Origin: Eledone cirrhosa
Lineage: Eukaryota
Length of the DNA stretch: 64,000 nucleotides
Assembly (NCBI GenBank): GCA_964016885.1
Contig: OZ024741.1
Span: 209,808,001 to 209,872,000, forward strand
Reading direction: 5' to 3'
Shown here: positions 26,301 to 41,900 of the stretch, piece by piece
Position numbering within the stretch: position 1 is the stretch's first letter
How the letters are laid out: each line of letters begins with the position of its first letter
Position numbers and translations under genes: made by a program
The notes under the pieces: generated by a model
Seen by the model: only the letters and a program-made list of their open reading frames with translations
Database searches by the model: none
What the model was told of the DNA's origin: nothing

Positions 26301-29300
26301 AACCCCAACTTAACTTAACCCCAACTTAACTTAACCGCAACTTTACTTAACCGCAACCTAACTTAACCCCAACTTAACTTAACCGCAACCTAACTTAACC
26401 CCAACTTAACTTAACCCCAACTTAACTTAACCCCAACCTAACTTAACCCCAACTTAACTTAACCGCAACTTAACTTAACCGCAACTTAGCTTAACCCCAA
26501 CACTTGGTGGGATCGATCTGTAATTACTGGTACATGTGCAGACACTCATTGGCTGTGTGTGGCCTGATTTTCAGAAAGATATCTCCGTAAAATAACGAGT
26601 GGTGGCTGCGTAAAATAATGAATTACGCACGAAAATGAGAAAATTTCGATTCTCGATCGTGGGCCGGCCGGATGTCGGATCGATTCGTAAATACAAGGAT
26701 AATGTGCGGACACTCCCTCGCTGTGTGTGGCATGAGTTTCAGGACAATATCTCCGTAAAATCAAGAGTTGATAACCCCAACTTAACTTAACCCCAACTTA
26801 ACTTAACCGCAACTTAACTTAACCGCAACCTAACTTAACCCCAACTTAACTTAACCGCAACCTAACTTAACCCCAACTTAACTTAACCGCAACTTAACTT
26901 AACCCCAACCTAACTTAACCCCAACTTAACTTAACCGCAACTTAACTTAACCTCAACCTAACTTAACCCCAACTTAACTTAACCGCAACTTAACTTAACC
27001 GCAACTTAGCTTAACACCAACCCTTGGTGGGATCGATCTGTAATTACTGGTACATGTGCAGACACTCATTGGCTGTGTGTGGCCTGATTTTCAGAAAGAT
27101 ATCTCCGTAAAATAACGAGTGGTGGCTGCGTAAAATAATGAATTACGCACGAAAATGAGAAAATTTCGATTCTCGATCGTGGGCCGGCCGGATGTCGGAT
27201 CGATTCGTAAATACAAGGATAATGTGCGGACACTCCCTCGCTGTGTGTGGCATCATTTTCAGGACAATATCTCCGTAAAATCAAGAGTTGATAACCCCAA
27301 CTTAACTTAACCCCAACTTAACTTAACCGCAACTTAACTTAACCGCAACCTAACTTAACCCCAACTTAACTTAACCGCAACCTAACTTAAACCCAACTTA
27401 ACTTAACCGCAACTTAACTTAACCCCAACCTAACTTAACCCCAACTTAACTTAACCGCAACTTAACTTAACCGTAACCTAACTTAACCCCAACTTAACTT
27501 AACCGCAACTTAACTTAACCGCAACTTAGCTTAACACCAACCCTTGGTGGGATCGATCTGTAATTACTGGTACATGTGCAGACACTCATTGGCTGTGTGT
27601 GGCCTGATTTTCAGAAAGATATCTCCGTAAAATAACGAGTGGTGGCTGCGTAAAATAATGAATTACGCACGAAAATGAGAAAATTTCGATTCTTGATCGT
27701 TGGCCGGCCGGATGTCGGATCAATTCGTAAATACAAGGACAATGTGCGGACATTCCTTGGCTGTGTGCGGCATGATTTTCAGGACGATATCTCCGTAAAA
27801 TCAAGAGTTGATAACCCCAACTTATCTTAACTCCAACTTAACTTAACCGCAACTTAACTTAACCGCAACCTAACTTAACCCCAACTTAACTTAACCGCAA
27901 CCTAACTTAACCCCAACTTAACTTAACCGCAACTTAACTTAACCGCAACCTAACTTAACCCCAACTTAACTTAACCGCAACTTAACTTAACCGCAACTTA
28001 GCTTAACACCAACCCTTGGTGGGATCGATCTGTAATTACTGGTACATGTGCAGACACTCATTGGCTGTGTGTGGCCTGATTTTCAGAAAGATATCTCCGT
28101 AAAATAACGAGTGGTGGCTTCGTAAAATAATGAATTACGCACGAAAATGAGAAAATTTCGATTCTCGATCGTGGGCCGGCCGGATGTCGGATCGATTCGT
28201 AAATACAAGGATAATGTGCGGACACTCCTTGGCTGTGTGCGGCATGATTTTCAGGACGATATCTCCGTAAAATCAAGAGTTGATAACCCCAACTTAACTT
28301 AACCCCAACTTAACTTAACCGCAACTTAACTTAACCGCAACCTAACTTAACCCCAACTTAAATTAACCGCAACCTAACTTAACCCCAACTTAACTTAACC
28401 GCAACTTAACTTAACCCCAACCTAACTTAACCCCAACTTAACTTAACCGCAACTTAACTTAACCGCAACCTAACTTAACCCCAACTTAACTTAACCGCAA
28501 CTTAACTTAACCGCAACTTAGCTTAACCCCAACCCTTGGTGGGATCGATCTGTAATTACTGGTACATGTGCAGACACTCATTGGCTGTGTGTGGCCTGAT
28601 TTTCAGAAAGATATCTCCGTAAAATAACGAGTGGTGGCTGCGTAAATTAATGAATTACGCACGAAAATGAGAAAATTTCGATTCTCGATCGTGGGCCGGC
28701 CGGATGTCGGATCGATTCGTAAATACAAGGACAATGTGAGGACATTCCTTGGCTGTGTGCGGCATGATTTTCAGGAGGATATCTCCGTAAAATCAAGAGT
28801 TGATAACCCCAACTTAACTTAACCCCAACTTAACTTAACCGCAACTTAACTTAACCGCAACCTAACTTAACCCCAACTTAACTTAACCCCAACTTAACTT
28901 AACCCCAACCTAACTTAACCCCAACTTAACTTAACCGCAACTTAACTTAACCCCAACCTAACATAACCCCAACTTAACTTAACGGCAACTTAACTTAACC
29001 GCAACCTAACTTAACCCCAACTTAACTTAACCGCAACTTAACTTAACCGCAACTTAGCTTAACCCCAACCCTTGGTGGGATCGATCTGTAATTACTGGTA
29101 CATGTGCAGACACTCATTGGCTGTGTGTGGCCTGATTTTCAGAAAGATATCTCCGTAAAATAACGAGTGGTGGCTGCGTAAAATAATGAATTACGCACGA
29201 AAATGAGAAAATTTCGATTCTCGATCGTGGGCCGGCCGGATGTCGGATCGATTCGTAAATACAAGCATAATGTGCGGACACTCCTTGGCTGTGTGCGGGA

Positions 29301-32300
29301 TGATTTTCAGGACGATATCTCCGTAAAATCAAGAGTTGATAACCCCAACTTAACTTAACCCCAACTTAACTTAACCGCAACTTTACTTAACCGCAACCTA
29401 ACTTAACCCCAACTTAACTTAACCGCAACCTAACTTAACCCCAACTTAACTTAACCGCAACTTAACTTAACCGCAACCTAACTTAACCCCAACTTAACTT
29501 AACCGCAACTTAACTTAACCGCAACTTAGCTTAACCCCAACCCTTGGTGGGATCGATCTGTAATTACTGGTACATGTGCAGACACTCATTGGCTGTGTGT
29601 GGCCTGATTTTCAGAAAGATATCTCCGTAAAATAACGAGTGGTGGCTGCGTAAAATAATGAATTACGCACGAAAATGAGAAAATTTCGATTCTCGATCGT
29701 GGGCCGGCCGGATGTCGGATCGATTCGTAAATACAAGGATAATGTGCGGACACTCCTTGGCTGTGTGCGGCATGATTTTCAGGACGATATTTCCGTAAAA
29801 TCAAGAGTTGATAACCCCAACTTAACTTAACCACAACTTAACTTAACCCCAACTTAACTTAACCGCAACCTAACTTAACCCCAACTTAACTTAACCGCAA
29901 CCTAACTTAACCCCAACTTAACTTAACCGCAACTTAACTTAACCCCAACCTAACTTAACCCCAACTTAACTTAACCGCAACTTAACTTAACCGCAACCTA
30001 ACTTAACCCCAACTTAACTTAACCGCAACTTAACCCCAACTTAGCTTAACCCCAACCCTTGGTGGGATCGATCTGTAATTACTGGTACATGTGCAGACAC
30101 TCATTGGCTGTGTGTGGCCTGACTTTTAGAAAGATATCTCCGTAAAATAACGAGTGGTGGCTGCGTAAAATAATGAATTACGCACGAAAATGAGAAAATT
30201 TCGATTCTCGATCGTGGGCCGGCCGGATGTCGGATCGATTCGTAAATACAAGGATAATGTGCGGACACTCCTTGGCTGTGTGCGGCATGATTTTCAGGAC
30301 GATATCTCCGTAAAATCAAGAGTTGATAACCCCAACTTAACTTAACCCCAACTTAACTTAACCGCAACTTAACTTAACCGCAACCTAACTTAACCCCAAC
30401 TTAACTTAACCGCAACCTAACTTAACCCCAACTTAACTTAACCGCAACTTAACTTAACCCCAACCTAACATAACCCCAACTTAACTTAACGGCAACTTAA
30501 CTTAACCGCAACCTAACTTAACCCCAACTTAACTTAACCGCAACTTAACTTAACCGCAACTTAGCTTAACCCCAACCCTTGGTGGGATCGATCTGTAATT
30601 ACTGGTACATGTGCAGACACTCATTGGCTGTGTGTGGCCTGATTTTCAGAAAGATATCTCCGTAAAATAACGAGTGGTGGCTGCGTAAAATAATGAATTA
30701 CGCACGAAAATGAGAAAATTTCGATTCTCGATCGTGGGCCGGCCGGATGTCGGATCGATTCGTAAATACAAGCATAATGTGCGGACACTCCTTGGCTGTG
30801 TGCGGGATGATTTTCAGGACGATATCTCCGTAAAATCAAGAGTTGATAACCCCAACTTAACTTAACCCCAACTTAACTTAACCGCAACTTTACTTAACCG
30901 CAACCTAACTTAACCCCAACTTAACTTAACCGCAACCTAACTTAACCCCAACTTAACTTAACCGCAACTTAACTTAACCGCAACCTAACTTAACCCCAAC
31001 TTAACTTAACCGCAACTTAACTTAACCGCAACTTAGCTTAACCCCAACCCTTGGTGGGATCGATCTGTAATTACTGGTACATGTGCAGACACTCATTGGC
31101 TGTGTGTGGCCTGATTTTCAGAAAGATATCTCCGTAAAATAACGAGTGGTGGCTGCGTAAAATAATGAATTACGCACGAAAATGAGAAAATTTCGATTCT
31201 CGATCGTGGGCCGGCCGGATGTCGGATCGATTCGTAAATACAAGGATAATGTGCGGACATTCCTTGGCTGTGTGCGGCATGATTTTCAGGACGATATTTC
31301 CGTAAAATCAAGAGTTGATAACCCCAACTTAACTTAACCACAACTTAACTTAACCCCAACTTAACTTAACCGCAACCTAACTTAACCCCAACTTAACTTA
31401 ACCGCAACCTAACTTAACCCCAACTTAACTTAACCGCAACTTAACTTAACCCCAACCTAACTTAACCCCAACTTAACTTAACCGCAACTTAACTTAACCG
31501 CAACCTAACTTAACCCCAACTTAACTTAACCGCAACTTAACCCCAACTTAGCTTAACCCCAACCCTTGGTGGGATCGATCTGTAATTACTGGTACATGTG
31601 CAGACACTCATTGGCTGTGTGTGGCCTGACTTTTAGAAAGATATCTCCGTAAAATAACGAGTGGTGGCTGCGTAAAATAATGAATTACGCACGAAAATGA
31701 GAAAATTTCGATTCTCGATCGTGGGCCGGCCGGATGTCGGATCGATTCGTGAATACAAGGATAATGTGCGGACACTCCTTGGCTGTGTGCGGCATGATTT
31801 TCAGGACGATATCTCCGTAAAATCAAGAGTTGATAACCCCAACTTAACTTAACCCCAACTTAACTTAACCGCAACTTTACTTAACCGCAACCTAACTTAA
31901 CCCCAACTTAACTTAACCGCAACCTAACTTAACCCCAACTTAACTTAACCCCAACTTAACTTAACCCCAACCTAACTTAACCCCAACTTAACTTAACCGC
32001 AACTTAACTTAACCGCAACTTAGCTTAACCCCAACACTTGGTGGGATCGATCTGTAATTACTGGTACATGTGCAGACACTCATTGGCTGTGTGTGGCCTG
32101 ATTTTCAGAAAGATATCTCCGTAAAATAACGAGTGGTGGCTGCGTAAAATAATGAATTACGCACGAAAATGAGAAAATTTCGATTCTCGATCGTGGGCCG
32201 GCCGGATGTCGGATCGATTCGTAAATACAAGGATAATGTGCGGACACTCCCTCGCTGTGTGTGGCATGAGTTTCAGGACAATATCTCCGTAAAATCAAGA

Positions 32301-34480
32301 GTTGATAACCCCAACTTAACTTAACCCCAACTTAACTTAACCGCAACTTAACTTAACCGCAACCTAACTTAACCCCAACTTAACTTAACCGCAACCTAAC
32401 TTAACCCCAACTTAACTTAACCGCAACTTAACTTAACCCCAACCTAACTTAACCCCAACTTAACTTAACCGCAACTTAACTTAACCTCAACCTAACTTAA
32501 CCCCAACTTAACTTAACCGCAACTTAACTTAACCGCAACTTAGCTTAACACCAACCCTTGGTGGGATCGATCTGTAATTACTGGTACATGTGCAGACACT
32601 CATTGGCTGTGTGTGGCCTGATTTTCAGAAAGATATCTCCGTAAAATAACGAGTGGTGGCTGCGTAAAATAATGAATTACGCACGAAAATGAGAAAATTT
32701 CGATTCTCGATCGTGGGCCGGCCGGATGTCGGATCGATTCGTAAATACAAGGATAATGTGCGGACACTCCCTCGCTGTGTGTGGCATCATTTTCAGGACA
32801 ATATCTCCGTAAAATCAAGAGTTGATAACCCCAACTTAACTTAACCCCAACTTAACTTAACCGCAACTTAACTTAACCGCAACCTAACTTAACCCCAACT
32901 TAACTTAACCGCAACCTAACTTAAACCCAACTTAACTTAACCGCAACTTAACTTAACCCCAACCTAACTTAACCCCAACTTAACTTAACCGCAACTTAAC
33001 TTAACCGTAACCTAACTTAACCCCAACTTAACTTAACCGCAACTTAACTTAACCGCAACTTAGCTTAACACCAACCCTTGGTGGGATCGATCTGTAATTA
33101 CTGGTACATGTGCAGACACTCATTGGCTGTGTGTGGCCTGATTTTCAGAAAGATATCTCCGTAAAATAACGAGTGGTGGCTGCGTAAAATAATGAATTAC
33201 GCACGAAAATGAGAAAATTTCGATTCTTGATCGTTGGCCGGCCGGATGTCGGATCAATTCGTAAATACAAGGACAATGTGCGGACATTCCTTGGCTGTGT
33301 GCGGCATGATTTTCAGGACGATATCTCCGTAAAATCAAGAGTTGATAACCCCAACTTATCTTAACTCCAACTTAACTTAACCGCAACTTAACTTAACCGC
33401 AACCTAACTTAACCCCAACTTAACTTAACCGCAACCTAACTTAACCCCAACTTAACTTAACCGCAACTTAACTTAACCGCAACCTAACTTAACCCCAACT
33501 TAACTTAACCGCAACTTAACTTAACCGCAACTTAGCTTAACACCAACCCTTGGTGGGATCGATCTGTAATTACTGGTACATGTGCAGACACTCATTGGCT
33601 GTGTGTGGCCTGATTTTCAGAAAGATATCTCCGTAAAATAACGAGTGGTGGCTTCGTAAAATAATGAATTACGCACGAAAATGAGAAAATTTCGATTCTC
33701 GATCGTGGGCCGGCCGGATGTCGGATCGATTCGTAAATACAAGGATAATGTGCGGACACTCCTTGGCTGTGTGCGGCATGATTTTCAGGACGATATCTCC
33801 GTAAAATCAAGAGTTGATAACCCCAACTTAACTTAACCCCAACTTAACTTAACCGCAACTTAACTTAACCGCAACCTAACTTAACCCCAACTTAAATTAA
33901 CCGCAACCTAACTTAACCCCAACTTAACTTAACCGCAACTTAACTTAACCCCAACCTAACTTAACCCCAACTTAACTTAACCGCAACTTAACTTAACCGC
34001 AACCTAACTTAACCCCAACTTAACTTAACCGCAACTTAACTTAACCGCAACTTAGCTTAACCCCAACCCTTGGTGGGATCGATCTGTAATTACTGGTACA
34101 TGTGCAGACACTCATTGGCTGTGTGTGGCCTGATTTTCAGAAAGATATCTCCGTAAAATAACGAGTGGTGGCTGCGTAAATTAATGAATTACGCACGAAA
34201 ATGAGAAAATTTCGATTCTCGATCGTGGGCCGGCCGGATGTCGGATCGATTCGTAAATACAAGGACAATGTGAGGACATTCCTTGGCTGTGTGCGGCATG
34301 ATTTTCAGGAGGATATCTCCGTAAAATCAAGAGTTGATAACCCCAACTTAACTTAACCCCAACTTAACTTAACCGCAACTTAACTTAACCGCAACCTAAC
34401 TTAACCCCAACTTAACTTAACCCCAACTTAACTTAACCCCAACCTAACTTAACCCCAACTTAACTTAACCGCAACTTAAC
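23400..34480 (+). repeat. Higher-order repeat: 11-monomer unit (5534 bp) x2
   Basis: All 11 variant monomers recur in order at +5534 (e.g. 23580/29114, 26546/32080, 28058/33592; spacer AACAT at 23428/28962). One private difference is seen at 31751 (A>G). Confidence 0.92.
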
Positions 34481-37400
34481 TTAACCGCAACTTAGCTTAA
34501 CCCCAACACTTGGTGGGATCGATCTGTAATTACTGGTACATGTGCAGACACTCATTGGCTGTGTGTGGCCTGATTTTCAGAAAGATATCTCCGTAAAATA
34601 ACGAGTGGTGGCTGCGTAAAATAATGAATTACGCACGAAAATGAGAAAATTTCGATTCTCGATCGTGGGCCGGCCGGATGTCGGATCGATTCGTAAATAC
34701 AAGGATAATGTGCGGACACTCCTTCGCTGTGCGTGGCATGATTTTCAGGACAATATCTCCGTAAAATCAAGAGTTGATAACCCCAACTTAACTTAACCCC
34801 AACTTAACTTAACCGCAACTTAACTTAACCGCAACCTAACTTAACCCCAACTTAAGTTAACCGCAACCTAACTTAAACCCAACTTAACTTAACCGCAACT
34901 TAACTTAACCCCAACCTAACTTAACCCCAACTTAACTTACCCGCAACTTAACTTAACCGTAACCTAACTTAACCCCAACTTAACTTAACCGCAACTTAAC
35001 CCCAACTTAGCTTAACCCCAACCCTTGGTGGGATCGATCTGTAATTACTGGTACATGTGCAGACACTCATTGGCTGTGTGTGGCCTGACTTTTAGAAAGA
35101 TATCTCCGTAAAATAACGAGTGGTGGCTGCGTAAAATAATGAATTACGCACGAAAATGAGAAAATTTCGATTCTCGATCGTGGGCCGGCCGGATGTCGGA
35201 TCGATTCGTAAATACAAGGATAATGTGCGGACACTCCTTGGCTGTGTGCGGCATGATTTTCAGGACGATATCTCCGTAAAATCAAGAGTTGATAACCCCA
35301 ACTTAACTTAACCCCAACTTAACTTAACCGCAACTTAACTTAACCGCAACCTAACTTAACCCCAACTTAACTTAACCGCAACCTAACTTAACCCCAACTT
35401 AACTTAACCGCAACTTAACTTAACCCCAACCTAACATAACCCCAACTTAACTTAACGGCAACTTAACTTAACCGCAACCTAACTTAACCCCAACTTAACT
35501 TAACCGCAACTTAACTTAACCGCAACTTAGCTTAACCCCAACCCTTGGTGGGATCGATCTGTAATTACTGGTACATGTGCAGACACTCATTGGCTGTGTG
35601 TGGCCTGATTTTCAGAAAGATATCTCCGTAAAATAACGAGTGGTGGCTGCGTAAAATAATGAATTACGCACGAAAATGAGAAAATTTCGATTCTCGATCG
35701 TGGGCCGGCCGGATGTCGGATCGATTCGTAAATACAAGCATAATGTGCGGACACTCCTTGGCTGTGTGCGGGATGATTTTCAGGACGATATCTCCGTAAA
35801 ATCAAGAGTTGATAACCCCAACTTAACTTAACCCCAACTTAACTTAACCGCAACTTTACTTAACCGCAACCTAACTTAACCCCAACTTAACTTAACCGCA
35901 ACCTAACTTAACCCCAACTTAACTTAACCGCAACTTAACTTAACCGCAACCTAACTTAACCCCAACTTAACTTAACCGCAACTTAACTTAACCGCAACTT
36001 AGCTTAACCCCAACCCTTGGTGGGATCGATCTGTAATTACTGGTACATGTGCAGACACTCATTGGCTGTGTGTGGCCTGATTTTCAGAAAGATATCTCCG
36101 TAAAATAACGAGTGGTGGCTGCGTAAAATAATGAATTACGCACGAAAATGAGAAAATTTCGATTCTCGATCGTGGGCCGGCCGGATGTCGGATCGATTCG
36201 TAAATACAAGGATAATGTGCGGACATTCCTTGGCTGTGTGCGGCATGATTTTCAGGACGATATTTCCGTAAAATCAAGAGTTGATAACCCCAACTTAACT
36301 TAACCACAACTTAACTTAACCCCAACTTAACTTAACCGCAACCTAACTTAACCCCAACTTAACTTAACCGCAACCTAACTTAACCCCAACTTAACTTAAC
36401 CGCAACTTAACTTAACCCCAACCTAACTTAACCCCAACTTAACTTAACCGCAACTTAACTTAACCGCAACCTAACTTAACCCCAACTTAACTTAACCGCA
36501 ACTTAACCCCAACTTAGCTTAACCCCAACCCTTGGTGGGATCGATCTGTAATTACTGGTACATGTGCAGACACTCATTGGCTGTGTGTGGCCTGACTTTT
36601 AGAAAGATATCTCCGTAAAATAACGAGTGGTGGCTGCGTAAAATAATGAATTACGCACGAAAATGAGAAAATTTCGATTCTCGATCGTGGGCCGGCCGGA
36701 TGTCGGATCGATTCGTAAATACAAGGATAATGTGCGGACACTCCTTGGCTGTGTGCGGCATGATTTTCAGGACGATATCTCCGTAAAATCAAGAGTTGAT
36801 AACCCCAACTTAACTTAACCCCAACTTAACTTAACCGCAACTTTACTTAACCGCAACCTAACTTAACCCCAACTTAACTTAACCGCAACCTAACTTAACC
36901 CCAACTTAACTTAACCCCAACTTAACTTAACCCCAACCTAACTTAACCCCAACTTAACTTAACCGCAACTTAACTTAACCGCAACTTAGCTTAACCCCAA
37001 CACTTGGTGGGATCGATCTGTAATTACTGGTACATGTGCAGACACTCATTGGCTGTGTGTGGCCTGATTTTCAGAAAGATATCTCCGTAAAATAACGAGT
37101 GGTGGCTGCGTAAAATAATGAATTACGCACGAAAATGAGAAAATTTCGATTCTCGATCGTGGGCCGGCCGGATGTCGGATCGATTCGTAAATACAAGGAT
37201 AATGTGCGGACACTCCCTCGCTGTGTGTGGCATGAGTTTCAGGACAATATCTCCGTAAAATCAAGAGTTGATAACCCCAACTTAACTTAACCCCAACTTA
37301 ACTTAACCGCAACTTAACTTAACCGCAACCTAACTTAACCCCAACTTAACTTAACCGCAACCTAACTTAACCCCAACTTAACTTAACCGCAACTTAACTT

Positions 37401-38950
37401 AACCCCAACCTAACTTAACCCCAACTTAACTTAACCGCAACTTAACTTAACCTCAACCTAACTTAACCCCAACTTAACTTAACCGCAACTTAACTTAACC
37501 GCAACTTAGCTTAACACCAACCCTTGGTGGGATCGATCTGTAATTACTGGTACATGTGCAGACACTCATTGGCTGTGTGTGGCCTGATTTTCAGAAAGAT
37601 ATCTCCGTAAAATAACGAGTGGTGGCTGCGTAAAATAATGAATTACGCACGAAAATGAGAAAATTTCGATTCTCGATCGTGGGCCGGCCGGATGTCGGAT
37701 CGATTCGTAAATACAAGGATAATGTGCGGACACTCCCTCGCTGTGTGTGGCATCATTTTCAGGACAATATCTCCGTAAAATCAAGAGTTGATAACCCCAA
37801 CTTAACTTAACCCCAACTTAACTTAACCGCAACTTAACTTAACCGCAACCTAACTTAACCCCAACTTAACTTAACCGCAACCTAACTTAAACCCAACTTA
37901 ACTTAACCGCAACTTAACTTAACCCCAACCTAACTTAACCCCAACTTAACTTAACCGCAACTTAACTTAACCGTAACCTAACTTAACCCCAACTTAACTT
38001 AACCGCAACTTAACTTAACCGCAACTTAGCTTAACACCAACCCTTGGTGGGATCGATCTGTAATTACTGGTACATGTGCAGACACTCATTGGCTGTGTGT
38101 GGCCTGATTTTCAGAAAGATATCTCCGTAAAATAACGAGTGGTGGCTGCGTAAAATAATGAATTACGCACGAAAATGAGAAAATTTCGATTCTTGATCGT
38201 TGGCCGGCCGGATGTCGGATCAATTCGTAAATACAAGGACAATGTGCGGACATTCCTTGGCTGTGTGCGGCATGATTTTCAGGACGATATCTCCGTAAAA
38301 TCAAGAGTTGATAACCCCAACTTATCTTAACTCCAACTTAACTTAACCGCAACTTAACTTAACCGCAACCTAACTTAACCCCAACTTAACTTAACCGCAA
38401 CCTAACTTAACCCCAACTTAACTTAACCGCAACTTAACTTAACCGCAACCTAACTTAACCCCAACTTAACTTAACCGCAACTTAACTTAACCGCAACTTA
38501 GCTTAACACCAACCCTTGGTGGGATCGATCTGTAATTACTGGTACATGTGCAGACACTCATTGGCTGTGTGTGGCCTGATTTTCAGAAAGATATCTCCGT
38601 AAAATAACGAGTGGTGGCTGCGTAAATTAATGAATTACGCACGAAAATGAGAAAATTTCGATTCTCGATCGTGGGCCGGCCGGATGTCGGATCGATTCGT
38701 AAATACAAGGACAATGTGAGGACATTCCTTGGCTGTGTGCGGCATGATTTTCAGGAGGATATCTCCGTAAAATCAAGAGTTGATAACCCCAACTTAACTT
38801 AACCCCAACTTAACTTAACCGCAACTTAACTTAACCGCAACCTAACTTAACCCCAACTTAACTTAACCCCAACTTAACTTAACCCCAACCTAACTTAACC
38901 CCAACTTAACTTAACCGCAACTTAACTTAACCGCAACTTAGCATAACCCC

Positions 38951-41900
38951 AACACTTGGTGGGATCGATCTGTAATTACTGGTACATGTGCAGACACTCA
39001 TTGGCTGTGTGTGGCCTGATTTTCAGAAAGATATCTCCGTAAAATAACGAGTGGTGGCTGCGTAAAATAATGAATTACGCACGAAAATGAGAAAATTTCG
39101 ATTCTCGATCGTGGGCCGGCCGGATGTCGGATCGATTCGTAAATACAAGGATAATGTGCGGACACTCCTTCGCTGTGCGTGGCATGATTTTCAGGACAAT
39201 ATCTCCGTAAAATCAAGAGTTGATAACCCCAACTTAACTTAACCCCAACTTAACTTAACCGCAACTTAACTTAACCGCAACCTAACTTAACCCCAACTTA
39301 AGTTAACCGCAACCTAACTTAAACCCAACTTAACTTAACCGCAACTTAACTTAACCCCAACCTAACTTAACCCCAACTTAACTTACCCGCAACTTAACTT
39401 AACCGTAACCTAACTTAACCCCAACTTAACTTAACCGCAACTTAACTTAACCGCAACTTAGCTTAACCCCAACCCTTGGTGGGATCGATCTGTAATTACT
39501 GGTACATGTGCAGACACTCATTGGCTGTGTGTGGCCTGATTTTCAGAAAGATATCTCCGTAAAATAACGAGTGGTGGCTGCGTAAAATAATGAATTACGC
39601 ACGAAAATGAGAAAATTTCGATTCTCGATCGTGGGCCGGCCGGATGTCGGATCGATTCGTAAATACAAGGATAATGTGCGGACACTCCTTGGCTGTGTGT
39701 GGCATGATTTTCAGGACGATATCTCCGTAAAATCAAGAGTTGATAACCCCAACTTAACTTAACCCCAACTTAACTTAACCGCAACTTAACTTAACCGCAA
39801 CCTAACTTAACCCCAACTTAAATTAACCGCAACCTAACTTAACCCCAACTTAACTTAACCGCAACTTAACTTAACCCCAACCTAACTTAACCCCAACTTA
39901 ACCGCAACTTAACTTAACCGCAACCTAACTTAACCCAAACTTAACTTAACCGCAACTTAACTTAACCGCAACTTAGCTTAACACCAACCCTTGGTGGGAT
40001 CGATCTGTAATTACTGGTACATGTGCAGACATTCATTAGCTGTGTGTGGCCTGATTTTCAGAAAGATATCTCCGTAAAATAACGAGTGGTGGCTGCGTAA
40101 AATAATGAATTACGCACGAAAATGAGAAAATTTCGATTCTCGATCGTGGGCCGGCCGGATGTCGGATCGATTCGTAAATACAAGGACAATGTGCGGACAT
40201 TCCTTGGCTGTGTGCGGCATGATTTTCAGGACGATATCTCCGTAAAATCAAGAGTTGATAACCCCAACTTAACTTAACTCCAACTTAACTTAACCGCAAC
40301 TTAACTTAACCGCAACCTAACTTAACCCCAACTTAACTTAACCGCAACCTAACTTAACCCCAACTTAACTTAACCGCAACCTAACTTAACCCCAACTTAA
40401 CTTAACTGCAACCTAACTTAACCCCAACTTAACTTAACCGCAACTTAACCCCAACCTAACTTAACCGCAACTTAACTTAACCGCAACCTAACTTAACCCC
40501 AACTTAACTTAACCGCAACTTAACTTAACCGCAACTTAGCTTAACCCCAACCCTTGGTGGGATCGATCTGTAATTACTGGTACATGTGCAGACACTCATT
40601 GACTGTGTGTGGCCTGATTTTCAGAAAGATATCTCCGTAAAATAACGAGTGGTGGCTGCGTAAAATAATGAATTACGCACGGAAATGAGAAAATTTCGAT
40701 TCTCGATCGTGGGCCGGCCGCATGTCGGATCGATTCGTAAATACAAGGATAATGTGCGGACACTCCTTGGCTGTGTGCGGCATGATTTTCAGGACAATAT
40801 CTCCGTAAAATCAAGAGTTGATAACCCCAACTTAACTTAATCCCAACTTAACTTAACCGCAACTTAACTTAACCGCAACCTAACTTAACCCCAACTTAAC
40901 TTAACCGCAACCTAACTTAACCCCAACTTAACTTAACCGCAACTTAACTTAACCCCAACCTAACTTAACCCCAACTTAACTTAACCGCAACTTAACTTAA
41001 CCGCAACCTAACTTAACCCCAACTTAACTTAACCGCAACTTAACTTAACCGCAACTTAGCTTAACCCCAACCCTTGGTGGGATCGATCTGTAATTACTGG
41101 TACATGTGCAGACACTCATTGGCTGTGTGTGGCCTGATTTTCAGAAAGATATCTCCGTAAAATAACGAGTGGTGGCTGCGTAAAATAATGAATTACGCAC
41201 GAAAATGAGAAAATTTCGATTCTCGATCGTGGGCCGGCCGGATGTCGGATCGATTCGTAAATACAAGGATAATGTGCGGACACTCCTTCGCTGTGCGTGG
41301 CATGATTTTCAGGACAATATCTCCGTAAAATCAAGAGTTGATAACCCCAACTTAACTTAACCCCAACTTAACTTAACCGCAACTTAACTTAACCGCAACC
41401 TAACTTAACCCCAACTTAAGTTAACCGCAACCTAACTTAAACCCAACTTAACTTAACCGCAACTTAACTTAACCCCAACCTAACTTAACCCCAACTTAAC
41501 TTACCCGCAACTTAACTTAACCGTAACCTAACTTAACCCCAACTTAACTTAACCGCAACTTAACTTAACCGCAACTTAGCTTAACCCCAACCCTTGGTGG
41601 GATCGATCTGTAATTACTGGTACATGTGCAGACACTCATTGGCTGTGTGTGGCCTGATTTTCAGAAAGATATCTCCGTAAAATAACGAGTGGTGGCTGCG
41701 TAAAATAATGAATTACGCACGAAAATGAGAAAATTTCGATTCTCGATCGTGGGCCGGCCGGATGTCGGATCGATTCGTAAATACAAGGATAATGTGCGGA
41801 CACTCCTTGGCTGTGTGTGGCATGATTTTCAGGACGATATCTCCGTAAAATCAAGAGTTGATAACCCCAACTTAACTTAACCCCAACTTAACTTAACCGC

